Shown here piece by piece: positions 19,777-29,496 of a DNA stretch of 59,216 nt. Source of the DNA: an uncultured Ignavibacteriaceae bacterium (GTDB lineage Bacteria; Bacteroidota; Ignavibacteria; UBA10030); contig CAZYAM010000003.1 in assembly GCA_964645575.1 (NCBI GenBank), positions 9,064 through 68,279 on the forward strand, in the 5' to 3' direction. How positions within the stretch are numbered: position 1 is the stretch's first letter; each line of letters starts with the position of its first letter. Position numbers and translations under genes: made by a program. The notes below the pieces were generated by a model. It was not told the origin of the DNA, made no database searches, and saw only the letters and a list, made by a program, of their open reading frames with translations.

Positions 19777-20490
19777 TTACTTTTTAAGTATTGTGTTTAA
19801 GACTTTTTCTTTGTCTATTTTCTTCGTACAGAAAAACCAGTCATAGCATTTTACATCGTCCTGTTTTTTCTCCATACGCTCTTTTGCAACACCGCAGGAT
19901 CCGGCAGTAGGTACGATGACCTCATCGCCTGGCCGCCAATCGGCCGGAGTAGCAACGGAAAATGCATCGGCTGTCTGCAATGCAATGAGAGCACGGTATA
20001 GTTCGTCAAAATTTCTGCCAAGACTGAGCGGATAGTAAATAATGGTGCGTACGATTCCCTTTGAATCTATGATAAACACTGCACGCACAGCTTTCGTGTT
20101 GCTTTCACCCGGCTGCATCATTCCGTATTTATTTGCGATTTCCATAGTGATGTCTTCGATCAAGGGAAATTTCACTTCCACGTTTTTCATTCCCTTATAT
20201 TCGATCTTCTCTTTGATAGTTCTCAGCCAAGCAATGTGGCTGTAGAGTCCATCAACAGAAAGCCCGACGAGTTTGCAATTTGCCTTTGCAAACTGATCTT
20301 CCATCGAAGCGAAAGTCATAAATTCCGATGTACAAACCGGTGTAAAATCCGCAGGGTGACTGAAAAGAATTACCCAGCTTCCTGAGTATTGAGCTGGGAA
20401 ATCGATTTCCCCTTGAGTTGTAACAGCTTTAAACGCAGGAGCTTTTTCTCCAATACGCGGCAAGGATAGAGACTGAACGGTTGTTTCCAT
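19777..20490 (-). CDS. Peroxiredoxin (Prx6/TDXH type)
   Basis: HPADFTPVCTSEF, GRNFDE, TPADW and C-terminal DWFFC. Confidence 0.95.
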   Translation of the reverse strand: METTVQSLSLPRIGEKAPAFKAVTTQGEIDFPAQYSGSWVILFSHPADFTPVCTSEFMTFASMEDQFAKANCKLVGLSVDGLYSHIAWLRTIKEKIEYKGMKNVEVKFPLIEDITMEIANKYGMMQPGESNTKAVRAVFIIDSKGIVRTIIYYPLSLGRNFDELYRALIALQTADAFSVATPADWRPGDEVIVPTAGSCGVAKERMEKKQDDVKCYDWFFCTKKIDKEKVLNTILKK

Positions 20491-20552
20491 TTTGAATCTC
20501 CTTAATATAATTGGTAAAATTCAGTTAATAAAATTGATTATTCTTCCCGTTT

Positions 20553-20577
20553 GATGCAGAAAATGGAAATAAGATTC
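20553..20577 (-). promoter_or_regulatory. ECF-sigma-like promoter GAATC-N16-CATC (for peroxiredoxin)
   Basis: Reverse complement GAATC ttatttccattttctg CATC; same spacing as the two copies at 17.5 kb. Confidence 0.5.
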
Positions 20578-20608
20578 TACCAAATATATGCAACTTTTTA
20601 TGAAATCC

Positions 20609-21004
20609 TTATAAAAACGCTTTAATTCCTTTCCTTAGTGTATTCAGCGCCAGATGAATGCATTCATATTTTGAAGGAGGAATACCTTCAAGAAATGTCA
20701 GGACATCCTGAAAATCAATTTGTGATGCTTCCTGCATGGTTTTGCCTTTTATCATTTCTGTTGCTGCTGATGCCACAGCTTCCAATCCTCTGCATCCTAT
20801 GTATTCATATTTAGCATCGATGATTCTTAATTTATCGCATTTTATATACAAAATCAGCGTATCGCCGCAATCCGATTGATGTTGAACGGTGATGTCGGAT
20901 TGTTCTATGGTGCCGAAATTCAATTGCTGATCGAGAAGACGCACGGCTTTCTCCGAATAACCGGCATTATTAAGCAGGACAAGTGGATTGTTTTTTTCTA
21001 TCAT
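20609..21004 (-). CDS. NifU N-terminal / IscU-like Fe-S scaffold
   Basis: NFG, CGD, GC and C-terminal C (three Cys), EMIKGKT. Confidence 0.82.
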   Translation of the reverse strand: MIEKNNPLVLLNNAGYSEKAVRLLDQQLNFGTIEQSDITVQHQSDCGDTLILYIKCDKLRIIDAKYEYIGCRGLEAVASAATEMIKGKTMQEASQIDFQDVLTFLEGIPPSKYECIHLALNTLRKGIKAFL

Positions 21005-21162
21005 CGGTTTACAACTATTCAGTTCAATTTAAAATTACTTTAAATGTCAATTGCTTCGCTGGCTTTTATACTGTTTTTTGGATTCAGTAATTATTTTAAT
21101 TCCTTTTTTCATACCTTCTTCGCAACGCAGTTTTTTCTGCTTGTTGCAAATATGATCATTTT

Positions 21163-21774
21163 CTAAATAATTCCTCGTTGCGAAATAATGATTTCTTGAA
21201 TATCACTTTTTGCCTGTTTTATTGAAAATCCCTTTTGTGTCAGATAAGCTCCGATATCCGACAGATTAATTGTGCCTTTGTCGTGCCGATTACCATCAAG
21301 CGCATGAATTTTATCTATGATCTTGAATCCTGCTTCTGTAAAATCAGCCAATATAAGTTTCCCGTTTGAAGAAAGAATCCGCGATAACTCATCAACGACT
21401 TGATAGGGTTTATGTAAATGGTGAAAGACGTTGACAGAAAAAATTATATCAAAGTTTTTATCGTTAAAACCAGTATGCTCTGCATTCTCTATTCTGAAAT
21501 CTACTAAGTCAGTAAGGCCAAAATATGCTGCATTGAGCTTTGCAAAACGTTGTTCTTCAGCTGATATATCAATAGTGATAAAGGTACAGCCTTTTTTTGC
21601 CAACGCTAACGTAAAGTGCCCTTTACCTGTTCCAGCTTCAAGAATTCTGCCTTTAAGAGGTTTCGCCTGTTCAACGATAAAATTCCTCTCCTTTTCAACA
21701 TCATAACCATAACTTTTAAAAAGCGCTATCCGTTCAGAGTATCGCTTATGATTATCTACTATCTCTTTGTTCAT
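21163..21774 (-). CDS. Class I SAM-dependent methyltransferase
   Basis: ILEAGTGKG, IDIS, VNVFHH, LADF. Confidence 0.88.
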   Translation of the reverse strand: MNKEIVDNHKRYSERIALFKSYGYDVEKERNFIVEQAKPLKGRILEAGTGKGHFTLALAKKGCTFITIDISAEEQRFAKLNAAYFGLTDLVDFRIENAEHTGFNDKNFDIIFSVNVFHHLHKPYQVVDELSRILSSNGKLILADFTEAGFKIIDKIHALDGNRHDKGTINLSDIGAYLTQKGFSIKQAKSDIQEIIISQRGII

Positions 21775-21786
21775 ATCAGGTTACTT

Positions 21787-22266
21787 TTACGACAAATCCT
21801 CCAGCAATGATTCTAAGTCATCTTCATGTTCAATTTCTTCTTTCATTATTTCGAGTGCGAGTTGATAGGTAACGACATCTTTCTCTTTTGTTGCATCAGC
21901 AAGCTTTTTGTATACTTCAATGGCGCACTGCTCGCCTTTGATATTCTGTTTTAAAAGGCTCTTTACAGACGGGTCTTCTGGTGCATCATAACCGCAATTC
22001 GACATTTTATACCAATCCTCAGGCTTTATGATAATGTTGCCGCCTAATTGAAGGATCCTCTCGGTGAGCATTTCAGCATGTTTGAGTTCTTCCGCAGCAT
22101 GTTCAGCAAGTTCTCCTGCAACTGCGCCGCGCATTTGGCCGCGTACAATTTTTGCGCCTGTCCAGTATTGGTAATAAGCAAGCCACTCATCGGCAAATGC
22201 TTTGTTCAACAGCGTAATGATATTCTTTACGTCTGCTCCTGCTAATTCTCTTGCTTTCGTTCCCAT
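21787..22266 (-). CDS. Ferritin-like DpsL/bacterioferritin-related protein
   Basis: AFADEWLAYYQYW, EELKHA, EQCAI and EEIEHE di-iron motifs. Confidence 0.9.
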   Translation of the reverse strand: MGTKARELAGADVKNIITLLNKAFADEWLAYYQYWTGAKIVRGQMRGAVAGELAEHAAEELKHAEMLTERILQLGGNIIIKPEDWYKMSNCGYDAPEDPSVKSLLKQNIKGEQCAIEVYKKLADATKEKDVVTYQLALEIMKEEIEHEDDLESLLEDLS

Positions 22267-22298
22267 GATATGCTCCTTTAATAAATTATGGTTTTGTT

Positions 22299-22677
22299 TT
22301 AAAAATTGCGGTTATGTTCATTTGCACATGCTTTGTAGCCGCTTGACTTTCCTTGAATAAAAAGATTCAACGCTTCCTCATAAAGAAGCCCGGGGGCAGT
22401 AATAACAGTAATGCCGTATTCAGCGAACTTAGCGATTGCCTTTTGTCCCATTCCTCCGGCGATGATTGTGTTGATATTAAATTTCTGCACATAACCGGGT
22501 ATCTCGCATGCACCGCTATGCTGGCCTGCTAATGGATTATCATGACTTTCTTTCTTCACCCACTTTATTTTGTTCATCTAGCTCACATACGTTAAATTTG
22601 GAACACCTGCCGAAGTGCTCGGCCACTTTTTCATGGGCTCCGTGTACTTCAATTGCTACTGCTAATCTGTGGTTCAT
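22299..22677 (-). pseudogene. NifB/NifX-like (COG1433) protein split by a +1 frameshift
   Basis: ATG 22677 reads MNHRLAVAIE..VAEHFGRCSKF; one extra G in the run at 22559-22561; the second half has IIAGGMGQKA. Span is 379 nt (3n+1). Confidence 0.85.
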
Positions 22678-22746
22678 GGTTATTTATTCCTTATTCCAAC
22701 TTACTAAAAAAAGCAAAAAGAATCATTATAAAACCTCAAATATGAT

Positions 22747-23121
22747 CTATAATTTCTTTGAACCGGAATAAACTGCTTCGACTCTAAGTGCAGCAACGGC
22801 ATGACCGGGGAATTTAGCCGGGTTCCATTTTTTCATATCATTAAAAATATTGCCGGTTTTGTGATACTCGATGCTTCCTTTTATCTGAAAAGATTTGTTG
22901 TCTTCGGTGAGAAAGAGGACCGATCCTTTGCTTCCGTTTAAAATATTATTGCGTGTTTTCCCAAAATGATTATCGGCAATAACGATTGTCTCCGAATCGT
23001 ATATGGAAACACATGTGGCATAAATAGAATTTGGAATGCTGTCGGAATCTACGGTGGAAAACACAATTGGACCTACGCGTTTATCCCATGATGTTATTAC
23101 TAACTCGGGTAGGACTGCCAT
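22747..23121 (-). CDS. Pyridoxamine 5'-phosphate oxidase-like FMN-binding protein
   Basis: IVIADNHFGKTRNNI, SFQIKGS, VEAVYSG. Confidence 0.85.
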   Translation of the reverse strand: MAVLPELVITSWDKRVGPIVFSTVDSDSIPNSIYATCVSIYDSETIVIADNHFGKTRNNILNGSKGSVLFLTEDNKSFQIKGSIEYHKTGNIFNDMKKWNPAKFPGHAVAALRVEAVYSGSKKL

Positions 23122-23206
23122 TTTACTTTTTCCTTTTTAATGCTTATTCAATTATAAAGGAGCGGATTGAATTATCGCACTAACCGATATATTTAGATCA
23201 CGAAAA

Positions 23207-23401
23207 TTAATTTCCCGATCTTCTTCCTTGTCCTTTGCGGAGGCCGCCGCCGCGAGGTTTCCCGCCGCGTCCGACTCCCTGGATTTCCTTTTGCTCGCCG
23301 GTCTGTTTTGTTGTTTGCGATTGAGAATTTCGGCACCGGCCTCTCCTCCCACCTGTCATCGGCCCTTGTCCCTTCGGACCGGTTCTATCTAAATTAGGCA
23401 T
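23207..23401 (-). CDS. DUF5320-like Gly/Arg-rich small protein
   Basis: AGGAGG RBS; MPNLDRTGPKGQGPMTGGRRGRC. Confidence 0.85.
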   Translation of the reverse strand: MPNLDRTGPKGQGPMTGGRRGRCRNSQSQTTKQTGEQKEIQGVGRGGKPRGGGLRKGQGRRSGN

Positions 23402-23410
23402 AACGACCTC

Positions 23411-24232
23411 CTATGATTGTTTGTTGAGTTGTGTTGTGATAAAATCGACAATAACCTTACATGCTTTAGATGCTTCAGAATCCGGTTTCTCTAAAATAAA
23501 TGGAGTACCATTATCACTGAGAGGACAGATATCTGTGTCTATGGGAATTGAGCCGAGAAATTGAATATTCATATCTTTTGCTAATTTCTTGCCCCCGTCT
23601 TTTCCAAAAAGGCTGATCTCTTTTCTGCAATGAGGACAAAGCAGCGTGGACATGTTTTCAACAACACCGATAGATGGAATATTTAGTTGTTTTGCCATGT
23701 TAACGGCACGTTCTGCATCGATGACAGAAACTTGCTGCGGAGTTGTAACAATGACAGCATAGTCGGGTTTCATTTGCTGGGCTATCGAGAGTATTTCATC
23801 TCCCGTGCCGGGAGGAAGATCTGCAATCAGATAGTCAAGCTCTTCCCATACAACATCGGCTAAGAATTGATTGATGACTTTTGAACGCATAGGCCCTCGC
23901 CAGATAAGCGGCTGTCCTTTCTTAAGAAGACCTGCCATCGAAATCATCTTTACGCCACCTTTTTCAAAGGGAATCATTTGATCGTTCAACATGATCGGAT
24001 CATCGTTCACACCAAGCATCTTAGGCACATTAGGACCTGTTACATCTGCATCGAGAATTCCTGTCGAGAATCCTTTCAATTTAAATCCGTAAGCAAGATT
24101 GACGGCTACGGTCGTTTTCCCGACACCGCCTTTACCGCTGAAAACAGCAACTCGATGTTTTATCTTTGAGATAGTCTCTGAAATTCGTTTCTTTTCTTCT
24201 TCGAATGCTTTTTGTTTTTCTTGTTCGTTCAT
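23411..24232 (-). CDS. mrp: Mrp/NBP35 (ApbC) Fe-S carrier ATPase
   Basis: SGKGGVGKTT, LDADVTGP, WRGP, DLPPGTGD, VTTPQ, ENMS and CPHC motifs. Confidence 0.95.
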   Translation of the reverse strand: MNEQEKQKAFEEEKKRISETISKIKHRVAVFSGKGGVGKTTVAVNLAYGFKLKGFSTGILDADVTGPNVPKMLGVNDDPIMLNDQMIPFEKGGVKMISMAGLLKKGQPLIWRGPMRSKVINQFLADVVWEELDYLIADLPPGTGDEILSIAQQMKPDYAVIVTTPQQVSVIDAERAVNMAKQLNIPSIGVVENMSTLLCPHCRKEISLFGKDGGKKLAKDMNIQFLGSIPIDTDICPLSDNGTPFILEKPDSEASKACKVIVDFITTQLNKQS

Positions 24233-24234
24233 TA

Positions 24235-25578
24235 TTATACCGTTTTAAACCATTTAACAATTGCGTTGATTGTTGCGTTGATTACCGGATAGGCAATTGG
24301 AGACGGTGTAAGCAAGGGATGCGTTCCTATCTGTAGTGTATTAATATCGGTGTCCGTCATTCTGTTCAAGATCATTACTGAAATCATGTTAATCAGTTCT
24401 CCCACCGAATCCCCGCCGTATATTTGTGCTCCCAGCAGTGTATGCGAGTACGTGGAAAAAATTAATTTAACATAAACTTCAGAAACCCCCTGAAGTTTGC
24501 CAGGGTGCCTGTCAACTGCCTTGGATATTCCGACAGTATATTCCAATCCTTTTTCTTTAGCACGTTTTTCCGTCATGCCGCTGACAGCAAAAGCGGTCTT
24601 CCCGATTTTTGTTGAAAATGTTCCCAGCACACCTTGATATTGTCTGATGACTCTGATAGAATAGAGATTTGAACCGACAAGTCTTCCTTCAGCCATAGCT
24701 GTTGAGGCGAGCATTATGTTTGAGAGATCGCCTGTGAAGAAATCGTATTTTATAGCACAATCGCCGATGGCAAAAACATCTTTTTCTGATGTTCGCAAAT
24801 AGTCGTCAACAGGCACCCCTTTTCCTTCTTGATATGGAATACCTATTTTCTTTACAAGTTCAAGATTCGGCTTATATCCTACAGAAATGACAACGAGATC
24901 GCACTCTATTCTTGAACCGTCGTCAAGTTCCACACCGCCGACAGAAGTCTCGCCTAATATTCTTTTAATCTTTTTTCCCGTTACGACAGTTCCACCTTGT
25001 CCGATGAGTATTTCTTTAACTTTTTCTCCGAATTCTTGATCCATGGTCGGTAACAGTTGAGGCATCATTTCAACGAGAGTGGTGTTCTTTTTCGCTTTTA
25101 CTAATTCGTCTGCGACTTCAACGCCAATGTAACCGCCGCCGACAATAACGATTTTTTGGGCTTTATGAACTGCTGTACGAAAACGTTCCAGATATTCTCT
25201 TTCTTTATGTACAAGATAGACCCCGTCTTTATTGTTTCCTTCAATATTGGGAAGCATGGCGACAGAACCGGTGGCTAATACAAGCTTTTCATAGTGGATT
25301 TCTTCACCGTTGGAAAGAACTATGGTATGATCTTTTCTATCAACAGCCTCGCCATTGATGATATCGATTTTATTTGTTGTCAATGGCACATCCGGTAAAA
25401 TATTTTCATCGACACCGTTTAAGGAGAACAAAACATAAGGTATTCCGCATGGAATCATCGGTTTCATGTCTTTGCGAATTAACGCGACATTTTTACTTGG
25501 ATAAGAATTTTTGGCAGATAACGCCGCAGATACTCCGGCAGGACCTCCGCCAATAATTACGACATCATATTGTTTCAT
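24235..25578 (-). CDS. FAD-dependent pyridine nucleotide-disulfide oxidoreductase (NADH oxidase / CoA-disulfide reductase family)
   Basis: GGGPAG, redox Cys in IPCGIPY, GGGYIGVE, AIGDC. Confidence 0.9.
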   Translation of the reverse strand: MKQYDVVIIGGGPAGVSAALSAKNSYPSKNVALIRKDMKPMIPCGIPYVLFSLNGVDENILPDVPLTTNKIDIINGEAVDRKDHTIVLSNGEEIHYEKLVLATGSVAMLPNIEGNNKDGVYLVHKEREYLERFRTAVHKAQKIVIVGGGYIGVEVADELVKAKKNTTLVEMMPQLLPTMDQEFGEKVKEILIGQGGTVVTGKKIKRILGETSVGGVELDDGSRIECDLVVISVGYKPNLELVKKIGIPYQEGKGVPVDDYLRTSEKDVFAIGDCAIKYDFFTGDLSNIMLASTAMAEGRLVGSNLYSIRVIRQYQGVLGTFSTKIGKTAFAVSGMTEKRAKEKGLEYTVGISKAVDRHPGKLQGVSEVYVKLIFSTYSHTLLGAQIYGGDSVGELINMISVMILNRMTDTDINTLQIGTHPLLTPSPIAYPVINATINAIVKWFKTV

Positions 25579-26450
25579 TATGGCACCTTTATTATTTGGT
25601 TAGACAATAGAACTCCGTATCCCAACGGATAACCGGAGCGCTCAGCGATAACTTCGCATTTAACTTTAAAAAGAAAATAGATCAGCCTCGTTTCATTCAT
25701 TAATGTTTCGAGATTTCCCTGGCCTTTTGCAATGACAATGTCGGCCTTCTTGTAAAGTTCAAGAAATTCCGGAGTACATTGCCGTAGATCGGTTCCGGCA
25801 ATCATACTTCCGCTTTCTACAACATTGCATATTTTATCTATACCGATCCGCTTTGCATCTTCAAGTGTTATGTCATTGAGAATCGGTTTCGACCGTACCG
25901 CGAAAATAACTTTTTTTTGCATAAGTTCAGATAGAAGAAATTTATCGAATAGTGCTTCCTCGTAGTTGTCGCCGATGTAGAGTATGATATCGGCTTTTTT
26001 TAAATCGTCTTTAAAATGGGGAAGCGAAGAGAGGTCAATAGTATTTGAAGCTATTCGATTGACTTCATATTCGATATCAAAACGATGGTTAGCGCCAAGG
26101 TCGATGATATTGCCGATGATGGCAATTCTTAGAGCAGTATCGAGCTTGTCTTTCGAGCCTTCCATCATTGTCCTAAAAAACGGGATATATTTCTCCGCTG
26201 TTTTTCTATTCTCTTCTTTTATTCTTTCGTAAGGGTTGACCACTCCCAGGTGTTTTTCAACGATGGACTGTATTGTCAAAGAGAACATCGGCGCGTTAAA
26301 ATTTCCATCAACAGCATCGACAGATTTGCAGACTTCTTTGACTATCTTAAGTTGAAGTTCCTTGTCTTCCTTATTGAAGAGCCGGGCTGCATTGTATGCT
26401 TGATTTATAATACAGGGAATACATCGTGGATCAAAAAACATGGTCTTCAC
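25578..26450 (-). CDS. DUF89/ARMT1-like metal-dependent damage-control phosphatase
   Basis: CIPC, NPYERIK, GNIIDLG, DN, NDIT and AKGQGNLE motifs. Confidence 0.88.
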   Translation of the reverse strand: MKTMFFDPRCIPCIINQAYNAARLFNKEDKELQLKIVKEVCKSVDAVDGNFNAPMFSLTIQSIVEKHLGVVNPYERIKEENRKTAEKYIPFFRTMMEGSKDKLDTALRIAIIGNIIDLGANHRFDIEYEVNRIASNTIDLSSLPHFKDDLKKADIILYIGDNYEEALFDKFLLSELMQKKVIFAVRSKPILNDITLEDAKRIGIDKICNVVESGSMIAGTDLRQCTPEFLELYKKADIVIAKGQGNLETLMNETRLIYFLFKVKCEVIAERSGYPLGYGVLLSNQIIKVP

Positions 26451-26482
26451 TTTTATTTAATTATTTACTAAAAATTGTCAGC

Positions 26483-26962
26483 CTATAATATACGTTTTCT
26501 TTTGCGCTTGCCTTTTTTAAAATGCATATCAAGCCAGCCGTTTCTTATATGATCTCTTGAATCAAAATGAGCTACATAGGGTTTGATATCTAATAACGGA
26601 GTGCCGTCAAGTATATCGACTTCTGAAAATACGATAATATTATCCTTCACCTTTTCCAATTTCACAATGGAAAATCCGATATGATTGGGCCTGTGAGGGC
26701 TTCTTATTGCAAATATCCCGTGTTCCTTATCCTCAAGGAACGGTTTCCCAACAAGTATCTCTTCTTTAGAGCGGTTAAAATGGTAAATTAAAATGAGGTG
26801 CGAAAATCCCTCAATGTCTTTAAGTCCCTCTTGATACCGTTTAAATAATTCTATCCGGCCCTTCACATGCTTTTTGAAAGTACCCTGAATAGGCATACCC
26901 TTTGGTTTTTTATAAGGCGTGTAAATTATTCCGATGGGTTTAAGATTGATTTCTTTTTTCAT
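26483..26962 (-). CDS. tsaA: TsaA/TrmO-family SAM-binding protein (tRNA m6t6A methyltransferase-like)
   Basis: LKPIGII, GIFAIRSPHRPNHIG, DILDGTPLLDIKPY. Confidence 0.9.
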   Translation of the reverse strand: MKKEINLKPIGIIYTPYKKPKGMPIQGTFKKHVKGRIELFKRYQEGLKDIEGFSHLILIYHFNRSKEEILVGKPFLEDKEHGIFAIRSPHRPNHIGFSIVKLEKVKDNIIVFSEVDILDGTPLLDIKPYVAHFDSRDHIRNGWLDMHFKKGKRKRKRIL

Positions 26963-26963
26963 A

Positions 26964-27097
26964 TCAGAAAGTAATCACTCTCTCGCTTTCTCCAATAATT
27001 TTATAAATATCTTTCATGGTCGAAATCGGGCACATCTCTAAGTTTCCTGCTCTCGTAACTTAATACAGCTTCCGCAAGCATAAATTTTGCTTTCCGC
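26964..27097 (-). pseudogene. C-terminal remnant of a DsrE/DsrF-like sulfur-relay protein
   Basis: Reads KIYACGSCIKLREQET, then a frameshift near 27040, then EMCPISTMKDIYKIIGESERVITF*; the N-terminal half is missing. Confidence 0.7.
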
Positions 27098-27129
27098 CTA
27101 AAAATCATACGGGGCGAGGCTTCCATTAA

Positions 27130-29445
27130 TCAAAATGCTGTTTCGATACCAAAAAAAAGCGTCCCGGGCCTGGCAGGACCATAGACATACGCCGGATCTC
27201 GATCGGGCCCAGTATCCAGATCGTCTTGATAAGCATTTAATATATTTTTTGCTCCAATGTTTAATTTCATATTTAATCCGTTATTCAACGGAAGTTTGTA
27301 AGTAAGACCCACATCTATTTCAAAAAATTGATCGCTCTTTTCAAGGATAAGTATGGGATTTTCCTGTCCTTCCACAACGACTTCATGGGGTAAATCAGCT
27401 TCCCCGATATAAGTGCCATTCAGATAAAGGTCGATATTGCTGCTTGCAGTCAGGGATAAAATGATATTTCCTGTCAAGTCTGGTGTTCTAAAAAAATTAT
27501 AGGTCCCGAAATCCTTATGAGGACTATCATAGCGACTTTTTTGATATGTTAAACCGCCACGAATTTCAAAACCGCTCAATGGACGAATTCCCATATCCAT
27601 TTCGATACCTGTTACCTTAGCGCCGTCACTGTTTACACGTTCCCAGCGTTCGATACTGCCTTGTTTGGAAACAAACTGCTCGGTGAAGGAATCGGTTAAT
27701 TTTGTATAAAAAGCGGTCAATGAAAACATGGTCGGAATATCATTTATATAACCCAAATATTCCAATCCACCGCTGAGTGAATGGCTGCGCTCTTCTTTTA
27801 GTTCCGCTGAATTTCGAATGACTCGTTGATCACCTTCAATGCCGCACAGATGCAAATCTTCGTCGTACGTTTGTGGTGGTTTGAATCCCGTGGTATACGC
27901 GGCTCGAAGCGTAATACCTTTGCCAATATTAAATTTCCCATTGAGACGGGGACTCACAATCCAATCTTTCAGTTCAGAGTGCTTATCGAAACGAATACCT
28001 GCCACAAATTCCAATTGCTTATCATCACCAAAATGGAAATTATCTTGAACAAAGATTCCCGTATTTTTATAGATCTCATTTATATAGTAGGCTGTTTCAG
28101 CAGCAGTTTCATCCTGCAATTTATCTTGGGAATATTGTACTCCAGATGTCAGGAGATGGTTCTGCGCTTGGTAATTAAATTGAAATCCTGCAATTTGCAT
28201 CGGATTATCTGTTTTTCCATAAAAAGCCAGCGCATCCAATGTATCCTTCGGCGTGTCGCCGCCTAAACCACCGAAATAGGATTTTCGATTTTCGAATGAA
28301 AAAGAATAAAAAAATCGATAGTCGAAAAGCGCTCCAGGTCGATGAGACCAGCGAATAGTTCCCCCCGATCGCCAGTGTTCTATCCATTCGGCGATGTCAG
28401 CTTCATGGACAGGCAGATCGAACTTGTTGCCTCCACGCCGTTCTTCATGGATTTGATGAAACGATGCTAATAATTCACTATTGATAAATGGTTGGTAATA
28501 CCATTTGAATCCGAATGTTTCATTACGCAGCTCGCCTAATTCACTAAATCCATCTTTGTTGTAGTCATAAGGATTACGCTTTCGGAACGAGCCAAATATG
28601 TAGGTGCCCGACGTCCCTTTATTATAAACATTCTCTGCAACGGCGCCAAGATGCTGATCTATTTTACCATCGGTGGAGTTGCTCTGGTATTTGATCCTTA
28701 CCTGGTTTATCATGGGCGTTCGTGTAATCATATTAATGACTCCAGCCACCGCGCCGCCGCCATAAAGCGATGATCCGCCGCCTTTTACGATTTCAATCTG
28801 ATCGACCATTTCTTCGGGAAAATGCTCGAGCCCGTACACACCGGCCAAACTACTGACGACGGGATCGCCATCAATCAAAATCTGTGAATATTTGCCATCC
28901 ATGCCCAAAATACGCACCTGTGAAAAATTACAATTTGTGCAATTATTTTCAACCCTGATTCCGGTATGAAAAGAAAGGGCTTCCGCCAAATTGCAAGCAT
29001 GTTTTTGTTCAATCAACTGCCGTGGAATGACCTCGGTTCGTACAGGCATATCTTCCATCAGATGTGGAGTTAATGTTCCCGTTACCACCATGGCTCCCAT
29101 TTCAAACATAGTCGATTCAAGTTCAAAATTAACCATCGTGTGTTCATCAGATTGAATGTCTATAATTTTTTGTTCCTGTTTGTATCCCATCACCGACGCA
29201 ACGAGATGCAATTGCCCGGGTGAGACATTGCTAATAATATACTCGCCATTTTTGTCGGTTGCGGCTCCGACGGTTGTATGTTCAACGATTACATTGACTC
29301 CTGGCAGGGGCTCTTTTGTTTTTTTATCGATCACTTTACCTTTTATCGAACCGTTACCAGGCATTGCAAATGTAACTGTAGAAGAAAATAACAAACCGAA
29401 TATTAAATATGTTTTCATAGCTTGGATTACGATTTTTATGTTCAT
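27130..29445 (-). CDS. TonB-dependent receptor with N-terminal carboxypeptidase-like domain and CxxC plug
   Basis: KEPLPGVNV, VVTGT, ENNCTNCNFSQVRILG, IEIVKGGGSSLYG, C-terminal Phe. Confidence 0.93.
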   Translation of the reverse strand: MNIKIVIQAMKTYLIFGLLFSSTVTFAMPGNGSIKGKVIDKKTKEPLPGVNVIVEHTTVGAATDKNGEYIISNVSPGQLHLVASVMGYKQEQKIIDIQSDEHTMVNFELESTMFEMGAMVVTGTLTPHLMEDMPVRTEVIPRQLIEQKHACNLAEALSFHTGIRVENNCTNCNFSQVRILGMDGKYSQILIDGDPVVSSLAGVYGLEHFPEEMVDQIEIVKGGGSSLYGGGAVAGVINMITRTPMINQVRIKYQSNSTDGKIDQHLGAVAENVYNKGTSGTYIFGSFRKRNPYDYNKDGFSELGELRNETFGFKWYYQPFINSELLASFHQIHEERRGGNKFDLPVHEADIAEWIEHWRSGGTIRWSHRPGALFDYRFFYSFSFENRKSYFGGLGGDTPKDTLDALAFYGKTDNPMQIAGFQFNYQAQNHLLTSGVQYSQDKLQDETAAETAYYINEIYKNTGIFVQDNFHFGDDKQLEFVAGIRFDKHSELKDWIVSPRLNGKFNIGKGITLRAAYTTGFKPPQTYDEDLHLCGIEGDQRVIRNSAELKEERSHSLSGGLEYLGYINDIPTMFSLTAFYTKLTDSFTEQFVSKQGSIERWERVNSDGAKVTGIEMDMGIRPLSGFEIRGGLTYQKSRYDSPHKDFGTYNFFRTPDLTGNIILSLTASSNIDLYLNGTYIGEADLPHEVVVEGQENPILILEKSDQFFEIDVGLTYKLPLNNGLNMKLNIGAKNILNAYQDDLDTGPDRDPAYVYGPARPGTLFFGIETAF

Positions 29446-29496
29446 TTATTCTGTGATATGATATGAGTATTTCTTTTTTTAGTTATCGTTTTTATC

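Noticed and set aside
21005-21162. Possible gene remnant (KKGIKII) between NifU and the methyltransferase
   Set aside because: Too short and ambiguous to assign to a family.
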